Assembly (NCBI GenBank): GCA_951406725.2
Contig: OX597834.1
Coordinates: forward strand, 7,812,001 to 7,876,000
Length of the DNA: 64,000 nucleotides
Direction of reading: 5' to 3'
From: Octopus vulgaris
Taxonomy: Eukaryota
The notes under the pieces were generated by a model. The model searched no databases and was not told where the DNA came from. It worked only from the letters and a program-made list of their open reading frames with translations. The number at the start of each line of letters is the position of its first letter. Within the stretch, counting starts at the first letter, position 1. This document shows, piece by piece, positions 54,327-64,000 of this stretch. The position numbers were made by a program, and so were the translations under genes.

Positions 54327-54713
54327 ATATATATATATATATATATATTGTAATATTATCCACAATGGAAAAAGAAAAGGATGAAGTGTACGCAGTAGAA
54401 TTTCTTTAAGAGGCGGATAAATGGATATATGTAACATGTATAGAAAAAACTCGAAAACACAGAGGAGAAGGAGCAGGGGAAGAGGTAATATGAGGAGGTG
54501 ATAGATGCAGCAGCAGCGAAAGGCAGCCAAAGAAGATCAGTTTCCATGAAGACAATGATTAACGACTTGATGGGAAAATATTTGAACTTGGTTGTTTGAC
54601 GTTGTCCAAGTAAAATGATTGACAAACATACCAAGTTTACGTACGCGTGTCCATCAGAGCTACTATAGATGTTCATACGTGTGTAGACACACAAATATTT
54701 ATGAGTTAAAAAG

Positions 54714-54738
54714 TATATATATATATATATAAATACAA

Positions 54739-54778
<40 letters not shown>

Positions 54779-54937
54779 TTGTATGTATGTATGTATGTAT
54801 GTATACGTACGCACACTCGCATAAATAAACATTTATACACACACATGTACTATATGCGTGTGGGTGTTTACTTCTGTCTGCTTGTTTGCGCATAAATGTA
54901 TACATACATACATATATACATACACACACACGCACAT

Positions 54938-54969
<32 letters not shown>

Positions 54970-55088
54970 GGTATATCCATATATCAATCTGTACATTTAA
55001 GTCTCTTGTTATATTTAAACGTTTGTTAATCTAAGCATACGTGTGCGTATATATATATATATACATATATGCAAACAAACATACATAT

Positions 55089-55130
<42 letters not shown>

Positions 55131-55560
55131 GTATGCATATATGTATGTATGTATGTATGCATATATGTATGTACTTGTAAACATATATTTCGTACGTTTA
55201 TACTCATACATTTAAGCATGAAGGAAGTAAGGAAGAGTCAGAAATGGACGTTTGAAGGGCTGAGCAGGAAATGCGATATCACAGGGCTTTTGGTTTTGTT
55301 GCTTATGGGATTAAGAAAAACAGATATGCAAAAAAGAACTAAAGACGGAGGTGGAAAGGAATGAAAGAATGACGAGAAGCGATGGAAACAATCAATACGA
55401 CTTGGCTAACTATCACACCGATGATGGCTTTGCACTTCAAATAATATACTTTGAAGTAGGAGAAATGCTAAGCTTTAGATATGTGTTCGTTTGAAATTGA
55501 TTTAAGAGAAGTCATATTCGCAATTTATGTGTGGCTGTGTTTGTGTCTAAGTATACATAT

Positions 55561-55599
<39 letters not shown>

Positions 55600-55980
55600 T
55601 ATGTATACACACACACATATATATATTCATATGTATGTATGTATATATATATATATATATACATATTCATATGTATGTATATGTATATGCATATTTCATA
55701 TATATATATATATATATATAAATATGTATATATATACTTATTTATTCATATATATATATACACAGATGTAGATATATACACACTCGTACATACATAAATA
55801 CGTATGCACACGCACGCATACATATGCTTACACACGTATCCATGATCGCATATACACATGCGCTGACGCAAATACGCACAGATGTGTATTCATGTAGTTA
55901 TATATATATATATATATATATATTTACACATACGTACACACACACATATATATACATATATATACATATATATATATCGT
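54714..55980. repeat. Clusters of (TA)n/(CA)n/(TATG)n microsatellites
   Basis: Directly visible. Confidence 0.9.
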
Positions 55981-56926
55981 ATATCATACAATTTGATTTG
56001 CGTCACTTTCAACTATAACCGCCAATTAGAAAGAAGGTCGGAAAAGACTCTTCACGTTTTATAGTCCGTATTTCTTCGAAAGATGTACGTTGTCAGAGAA
56101 ATCTGAAAGTGAACAGAGAGGAAACGCAAACCTGAACTATGGAGTCTGAAATCCTTTTAAGTATGTATTGTGAAATGTGTCCTGGTAAGAAATTAACACC
56201 GAATTATACAATCTGGTGTGGGTAAATTTTCTTGCTCCTCACGTCCTCAGGTATCTGTTCAGAATCAGAATGACTTAAGAAACGCTCCAATATTTGTTCA
56301 ATAGAAATCAAGAGGTAGAGACTTCCGGTTGCATAGTAATATTAGTGTCACAACGCCATGTAACAAGTTTTGCGCACCTTAATCGATTCTGATATTTCTT
56401 GAGAAAAATAACTTACAAAATCAAAGAAACGAAATATGATATATATGGATACAGTTTTCAAAGGCTTTTGTAGTCTCTAAAAAGCTACCAATTAAAATTA
56501 ATTGATAAAAGAAAATAATAACAATGTTACCAACATTTTATTCCGAAACTAGAAAATTATACACATTTTTAACACTTTAACCATCGATCAAATGAAGTTA
56601 TTTTTCTAATTATAGTCAATAATAAATATTTCTTTGACCGTAAAAACTATACACCAAGAAACATATGCATGAATTATTAGACCAATACACAGACACAGAC
56701 ACACACATGCATACACACATAGATGCACTAACACCCATACACACATAGATGCACTAACACCCATACACACGTGAGCATACATACAGCGAATAAATAAGAA
56801 CCATATAATTTCAGCATAGTGTTGAAAAGTATTTGAACGTAACTCCGAATTCTTCATTTAGAGAGAGCCTGCAGCGTTCAGAGTAGCTAAAGGGATGTCC
56901 GATCCCAGTTGATAATACTTATCTCT

Positions 56927-57343
56927 AGGGCAGCGAGCTGGCGGAACCGTTAACACGACGGGCGAAATACGTAGCCGTGTTTCGTCTGTCGTTATGTTCT
57001 GAGTTCAAATTCCGCCGAGGTCGACTTTACCATTCATCCCTTCGGGGTCGATTAAATAAGTACCAGTTACGCACTGGGGTCGATGTAATCGACTTAATCC
57101 GTTTGTCTGTCCTCGTTTGCCCTCTCTATGTTTAGCCCCCTGTGGATAGTAAAGAAAAAGGTATTTCGTCTGCCGCTACGTTCTGAGTTCAAATTCCGCC
57201 GAGGTCAACTTTGTAATTCATCCTTTCGGGGTCGATTAAATAAGTACCAGTTACGCACTGGGGTCGATATAATCGACTTAATCCGTTTGTCTGTCCTTGT
57301 TTGTTCCCTCTGTGTTTAGCCCCTTGTGGGTAATAAAGAAACA
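56927..57343 (+). mobile_element. SINE family B dimer
   Basis: Junction AAAGAAAAA|GGTATTTCGTCTG. 16-bp TSD GATAATACTTATCTCT at 56911-56926 and 57344-57359. Confidence 0.88.
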
Positions 57344-57909
57344 GATAATACTTATCTCTTCCCGTCTCTTTATCAGGAGAGTTCTCATTCTCAACTGCCT
57401 TACTGACCGCTCGTGGCGATAGCTTTCGCCAGGCTGGCTTCAACATCATATTCTCCCCTCCTCTCCCTGTTTCATGTAGTCTCTCGCAGTCCCTTTCGTT
57501 TTATATTGTAGAAGTTCTTCTTTCTAGTATCCTGGTTCTTCAAACACATTCTGCTTCGACTCTCGTTTCAACCATTTACTTTTTCCAGTACTACTATATT
57601 CAACGAACGTACTATTCTTCTTTTGATGACACCAGCTAGACTTACCGTTATATCTGCATATGTATTATGGGTTATCGGTTATATACCCTTCGTTTTCTGC
57701 ACATTTCAGATGAAAATAATGAAATTTATGATTATTACGTAAATCTATGTCTCCTGAAACTAATATTCCGCTAAAAAACTATATATCTTCTTCAAAATTT
57801 ATTTTTCTCTCCATTAATATCTATCTATCTATCGTGGTCTTTTTCGTAGGCATTTCTTCCCACGGATAAACCTTACTTGCTTTCCCCTTTACAGCATACA
57901 TCATGACAC

Positions 57910-58170
57910 TGTGATACACGATCCCTATTGATCGATTTTTTACCTCTCCCCCTTTTTTTCCTCTTCTTTCTTTTTTTCATTTTTCTTTTCTTTTTTCCCC
58001 TTTTTCTTTTTTTTTCTTTTCCTTTTTTTTCTTTTTTTTGTTCTTTTTTTCCCTTTTATGATCCCTTTTGATCGAAAACCTACGCCACCTTTTTTTTCTC
58101 CCCCAAAAGAAAAACTCTACCTTGTAACTTATCCCATCTGTGTGCAGCCCTGTGTGGCCAATAAAGAAAC
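57910..58170 (+). mobile_element. Putative LINE 3' UTR fragment (T-rich, ending AATAAAGAAAC)
   Basis: Polypyrimidine tract, then ttgtaacttatcccatctgtgtgcagccctgtgtggccaataaagaaac, followed by (TATC)n. Confidence 0.4.
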
Positions 58171-58221
58171 TTATCTATCTATCAATCTATTTATCTATCT
58201 ATCTATCTATCTACCGATATC

Positions 58222-58324
<103 letters not shown>

Positions 58325-58394
58325 GTCTATCTGCCTATCAATGTATCTCTCTCTCTCTCTCGCGCGCGCTATATATCTATATATACACAACACT

Positions 58395-58638
58395 ATCTCT
58401 TCGGTTATCTGGCCATCTGAAAAACGCTATGAAAAAATAACGGTATTTTTTCATAGCGTTTTTCAGATAGCCAGATAACCGAAGAGATGGTCTTGTGGAT
58501 TTCCACTTCAGCATCTGAAACTCAGTGTTTTATCTTGACTATTGAATAATAGTAACATATTAATTTACAGATAAATTTTCTCTATTTACATAATATTGAG
58601 GTCTCTTTCTTTCTTTTGTTATCTTACTGTTTTTACCG
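58395..58638 (+). mobile_element. Family E element: 45-bp-arm hairpin plus hammerhead-like fold
   Basis: Arms 58395-58439 / 58444-58488; AGATAA-CCGAAGA-...-GAAA-CTCAGTG-T-T-TTATCT at 58473-58535; ends in (TA)n. Confidence 0.72.
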
Positions 58639-58641
58639 ATA

Positions 58642-58689
<48 letters not shown>

Positions 58690-58914
58690 TGTATGTATAT
58701 ATATATAATGGCAAAATCAATCAGAAATGAACAAAAGTGTATAATTAGGTGATTAGTTCATTTTGTCTATACTTGAATGTATATTTCCCACGTCCATATT
58801 GGAATTTTTTGCGTTTCAATAATATCCTTTGCTTTTATTCATTCTCAAATTGGATGGACATATAGCGGGAAGCAAACTGGCACAAGACTTTTGTAGTGAG
58901 ACGTTTTAAATGAT

Positions 58915-58959
58915 GTACCCGCAGAGACCTAGAACGATGGGTCGAAACGTGTGTTCTAC
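58915..58959 (+). other. Hammerhead-like motif (family H)
   Basis: GTAC-CCGCAGA-GACCT agaacgat GGGTC-GAAAC-GTGT-GTT-CTAC. Confidence 0.5.
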
Positions 58960-59084
58960 TTAATAGAACATTTCCTCCCCTACTTTATTAATATTATATA
59001 TGTATATATATATTTATATATTATATTAAATTAGAGATAAAACCACTATTAGGCAAATCAAACAGTGAAAATAATAAGCCAATA

Positions 59085-59410
59085 CATTGAAATAAAATTA
59101 ATTAAAAATATATAAAAAATATAAAATATAAAATATAAAAATCCAATTAAAATATTTAAATTAAAGTGAAAATTTTTGAAAAATTAATTAAATTAATAAT
59201 TTAAACTTATAAATTATAAATATATATATTTTTTATTATTATTTTATTTAAGTATTTATTTTTTAAATTTTTATTCGTATTTTTTTTATTTTATTTTATT
59301 TTTTTAATATATTTTTTTTTATATTTTTATATTTTTTTATATTTTTATATTTTTATATTTATTTATTTATTTTTTATTAAATATCAAAAAGTATTAAAAG
59401 TTTAAAATAA
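59085..59410. repeat. Almost pure A/T low-complexity tract, A-rich then T-rich
   Basis: Directly visible. Confidence 0.85.
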
Positions 59411-59608
59411 GATAAGAGTATATATTTATATATATATATGTATATGTATATGTATTTATGTATATATGTATGTGTGAAAAATAAGTTCAAAAGGAACTAT
59501 TCAAAGTCTTTTAAGGATGCGAAGACAGAGTAAAAATAATTTCTAATAAAAAAGTTCATCATATTCATAAAAGTCACTTAGAGCAAGTATTAAGAATATG
59601 AAAATAAC

Positions 59609-59880
59609 AATTGAAAAATTCGTTATAGTTATAAAGATACCATAAACAAGTATAAAAAATAGAGAAAGTATGTTAAAATCAAAATTGAATTCAATACGAT
59701 GCATACCTTTAATCATAATAATTAGTATTATAAATTTTTCTTAAATATTTGTATTGTTGTTTGAAACATACGTATTTATTGAATTCAATTCTGCATTAAA
59801 TTCAATTTTAAGTTTAACATATTTTCTACAAATTTTATATTTGTTTATGGTATCTTTATACCTATAACATTTTTTCAATT
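59609..59880. repeat. Inverted repeat with ~80-bp arms
   Basis: aattgaaaaattcgttatagttataaagataccataaacaa.. versus ..ttgtttatggtatctttatacctataacattttttcaatt. Confidence 0.85.
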
Positions 59881-60484
59881 ATATGTATATATGTATATGT
59901 ATATACAGGCATATATATATGTATATACATATATAGGCATATATATACATACATACATATATACATATATACACATAAATATATAATTAAAGGAGGCAGT
60001 AGAGATTCACCAAGAAGGGAAAACAATAAACGTCATTAAATACATGTTAGCATTGACAGTGACAATGGCCAGAAACAGACGTTTATTAGTTTCCTTTTTG
60101 GTGAAACTCCGTTATATGTGTGTGAGCTTGTGTGTGTTCGGTGATACAGGTTGTTTTCAGAATATAAATGGATTTATGATTTATGTGGCAAACGGACGTG
60201 ACGTATATATATGTATCCTACATATTTATATCAGAGAATGAAGTTAACATATCAGTAGTTGACTGTTTGTACAAATATGAATGATATCGAAACTTAGTAA
60301 TGACCTACTAGCTTGCACTTTTATTAATTTGAAACAGTTTATCACGTTGTCTATTACTAATTATAGTTTGTTTCAATATACATGGAGAATAGCTGTCCAT
60401 TCGCTACATGAGCATGGTCGTTGTAAATAAAAGTTAGCTATGCTTTTGTAAGTGTTCTATGCCGAGTTTGCATTCAGAAATACC

Positions 60485-60704
60485 TATTTCTTTACTACCC
60501 ACAAGAGGCTAAACACAGAGGGGACTAACAAGGACAAACAAACGGATTAAGTCGATTACATCGACCCCAGTGCGTAACTGGTACTTAATTCATCGACCCC
60601 GAAAGGATGAAAGGCAAAGTCGACTTCGGCGTAATTTGAACTCAGAACATAACGGCAGACGAAATACTGCTAAGCATGCTAACGCTTCTGCCAGCTCACC
60701 GCCC
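60485..60704 (-). mobile_element. SINE family B monomer with TSD
   Basis: TSD ATTCAGAAATACC at 60472-60484 and 60708-60720. Confidence 0.87.
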
Positions 60705-60957
60705 TGGATTCAGAAATACCACGATGATATTCTTTACCAAGACCAAGTGGCCCAGAAACATGCAAAGCGCAAGATATGCCATTCAGTAGAACGGTATGTT
60801 TTATGTATGAGTTGATGGAAATCATGGTGCTTCACACCCTGTGTTTTACTACACCCTCGGAAATCAACCTCAGTGTTTGTACATTTCGTCATTCATATAC
60901 TAGGTAACACATGGCTGGGGCCTTCAAATATGCTACTACTGCAGGTCAATGCAGACC

Positions 60958-61105
60958 ACTCGATTACATCTCCAGCCCCAGTGCGCAGCTGGTACATATT
61001 TCATCAACCGCGAAAGGATGAAATTCAAAGTCGACCTCGGTGGAGACGGACGAAACACCGCTAACCATGTTGCTCCGCGAACTCATGATTCTCTTTACTC
61101 GCCGC
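60958..61105 (-). mobile_element. Old family B-like fragment
   Basis: cgattacatc..ccagtgcgcagctggtac..cgaaaggatgaaattcaaagtcgacctcgg. Confidence 0.65.
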
Positions 61106-61696
61106 CCCGACGACAACATCAACAACAAAAACAGCAACGGCAATTAGTTATGAATTTGTAATCTTGCTACAATTTATCGAGTCTTCATTAAAATCTCTTA
61201 ACCAATACAGCTAACTCTCAAAATGTTATTGTGTATTATAGAAGTATATACAAGTTATTGAACGTAAATTTTAACAATAAAACCTTTCGTAGACCTCGAA
61301 GGGCCATATGAACCCCAAGGGCCAATCTGGACCCCGGTTTAGTACCACTGATGTAAGGAGAAGACAGAATTTCTAAAAGGAATTATAGAAACATAAAAAG
61401 CCATCTGATAAAAAAAACAGTAAAAGTTATAAATTTTATGAAATAATTACCATGGTCTTTCATATTGTTTAAAGAATCTTGCTTAAACGTTCGTGCAGCA
61501 CATATTGTACAGTATTTAAAAATATATGCTTTGAATTTTATTCGAATGTTTTGTAGCACAGAATATGCTGTAAGAACTTTAATTCTTGTGTATATCATTA
61601 AACCGATAATATAATTTGTTTCTCGTTATGTAGTTTCACAAAGTCTCACTTCCCAACAACTTATTAACAAAGTTAACACTGAGTTTATACATATGT

Positions 61697-61754
<58 letters not shown>

Positions 61755-61893
61755 CATATGGTGTGATAGATATATATATATACATATGGTGTGATTGATA
61801 TATATATATACATATGGTGATATATATATATATATATATCTATACATATACATATGGTGTGATAGATATATATATATATATATAAATATGGTG

Positions 61894-61957
<64 letters not shown>

Positions 61958-62419
61958 ATATGGGTGATATATATATATATGTATATATACAGAGAGAGCG
62001 AGAGAAGAGAAAGAGAGAGAGAGGGGGAGACAGAGAGACAGAGTGAGTAACTGAATATTTTGTGCGTGAAAGGGAACAATTTAGAATTAAATAACGTTAT
62101 TAAATAAAGTAAAGTTAATCAATTAATTTGGACACGAAATAAGCTGAGAGAAATTAAAACTGACAATTCCTGGTGGGAATTCGCTTTTGATTTATTCTTC
62201 AGCTTCTGTTAAGTTTTACACTTGACATTCTGCAGTTTTGCTTTCTATATTTATTAAAAACATTATTTATTTGTGGAAGAATCTTCATTGTGAATATGTG
62301 TCATTTATCCCCATCCTATGATGTATTGACACTGAGTGATTGTTATGTTTTTGTGATTTGGTTCATTTCTTATTACAGAAACAGTATTTCACTAGATACA
62401 GCGATATATATATATATAT

Positions 62420-62631
62420 GTGATATCTTGAGCACCACCAGCTCAAATATTTTTTCCTCTGTCTTCCCTTCTTGGGATCTTTCCTTCTCCTTGTTTCCGA
62501 CGAAGAGCTCCGCTCGAAACGTTAAACCCTCCTTCCCTTCTTTCCTGAGCGTCAATAATACGTTAATTGTTCCACGTCCTGCGTTGCTGTGTTTTTTTCT
62601 CTTTTTTTTCTGTGTTTTCTTGTTTGGATTA

Positions 62632-62636
<5 letters not shown>
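62420..62636 (+). mobile_element. Family G element with hammerhead-like motif, between (TA)n runs
   Basis: GTTT-CCGACGA-A-GAG ctccg CTC-GAAA-CG-T-T-AAAC at 62493-62527. Confidence 0.72.
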
Positions 62637-62715
<79 letters not shown>

Positions 62716-62765
62716 AGCAATAGTAAATCTCTGAACGAGGTTTAAACAGTAACTGCACGACAATG

Positions 62766-62947
62766 TGAGGTATACTTGCCATCTCAATATGGTTAACCAT
62801 TAAGGGAGGGTGTTACTGTAGTTTTGCAAATGCCAAAAGGGCCCAGAAAGTGTGCCTAAAGCCAGCTGTTGACAGTGTTCACCTGGGGCTACAAGCTACA
62901 GTAACACCCACCCTTAATGGTTAGCCATATTGAGATGTCAACTATAC

Positions 62948-62951
<4 letters not shown>
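62766..62951. mobile_element. MITE with 56-bp TIRs
   Basis: TGAGGTATACTTGCCATCTCAATATGGTTAACCATTAAGGGAGGGTGTTACTGTAG (62766-62821) versus its reverse complement at 62896-62951, with 4 mismatches; TG/TA flanks. Confidence 0.85.
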
Positions 62952-62989
<38 letters not shown>

Positions 62990-63224
62990 ACACCACACCA
63001 AACTACACCATACAACATTACACATCACATCACAACACACCACCCACACACCCATTCCCACATCGTCACACCTACACATACATACACGCGCACGTCCAGA
63101 CCACCAGCCCTCTTTCACACGCACATACATACACTCTTATACACACACGCACCTTTGGGTTGCGGGTCATCTTTACCTTGTTATCTCCCCTACTTTCCTT
63201 ACTGTGTTTGACCCTTCTGTCCGT

Positions 63225-63299
63225 CACTAGTCGCCATGGTAGATCGTTAGCCACTACACACATTTTTTTATCTCCTTGTTTTTTTCTGTGTCCCTTTCT
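63225..63299 (+). mobile_element. Family D 5' part, truncated at the start of the hammerhead-like motif
   Basis: cgccatggtagatcgttagccactacacac..ctgtgtccctttct matches about 9731-9810. Confidence 0.65.
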
Positions 63300-64000
63300 C
63301 GTCGGCTCCTTGGTCGTTCTGTCCCTGCGTCTGCGGGCAATCTGCGACAAACAGGATGTCTCTACATGCGGGATTGTTGGGGACCGCTTGTGAAATTCAT
63401 ATTCCCACGAATCTTCTTCCACTGCCATGTTTCGAGATGCCACGAGGGTGGTGGAAGAAGCCGACTCAACCCGCCCAGGGTGAATGTCGCCACAAATAAG
63501 TACAACTAAGTACTCTTATTTACTACAACGCACTAAGCATCATTACTATCTTTGTTCAACAACCCCTTAGTTTCTACTATTCCTTAGTCAACTATACATA
63601 CTAGTTGGTAATAGTCCCTCGTTAGCATTGCTACCTATTTTCAACTACTTCAGAAATTACTATTCAGATACAAAAAGTAGACGCTATATTTATAATTACA
63701 TCTTATATTATAAGAACAGAAAAGCATATTCCCTATTGTTGACTATTTCTGGAGAAAACCAATCAAAACTCATTGACCTGTGCCTCCATATTAACAATTC
63801 TATTTTGATAGCATATTTGTTAATTAATCCCAGAAGATCTAAAGGAAATGTGATTACCCTCTATTTTTATGGCTTATGAGGAACTCTAGTAATTTGTGTT
63901 ATGGTTTTCGTGATGGCATTTTATGAAATGAGGGAAGCTACTTACAAATTCCATCATGGCTAGTGATGATATTGAAATTATATAATTGGCACAGAATTAT

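Noticed and set aside
63072-63509. ORFs 63072..63443 and 63276..63509 as host genes
   Set aside because: They cross repeat boundaries (family D fragment, CA-rich tract) and have no domain support.

Overview
AT-rich, repeat-dense eukaryotic DNA, intergenic or intronic. The microsatellite load ((TA)n, (CA)n, (TAA)n, (TATC)n) and the tRNA-derived SINE families suggest a coleoid cephalopod such as Octopus; this is an inference. I found no supportable host protein-coding gene, rRNA, true tRNA or CRISPR array, and most ORF-track entries are translated microsatellites or SINEs. Protein-encoding remnants: a 5'-truncated, frameshifted R4/Dong-like RLE-type LINE inside a (TAA)n tract (4708-6493), 3' fragments of RTE and CR1-type LINEs, and mariner and DD37D (maT-like) transposase remnants. 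Non-coding elements: four non-autonomous Helitrons, MITEs, about 18 copies of a CORE-like SINE with an internal microsatellite (family A), about 15 copies of a second SINE (family B, often dimeric) and a third SINE (family C). The most notable signal is about 12 hammerhead-ribozyme-like motifs in roughly six small non-coding element families, mostly next to (TA)n arrays and several with long fold-backs. Their stem I covaries between families and their cores are recurrently non-canonical; they are probably Penelope pseudo-LTR or retrozyme-like elements. Other oddities: a palindrome of two tRNA-like units with (TAA)n tails, SINE dimers with a fixed junction, and a candidate partner-LINE 3' end for family B. 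Family letters are my own labels, and coordinates were read by eye, so they may be off by a few bases.
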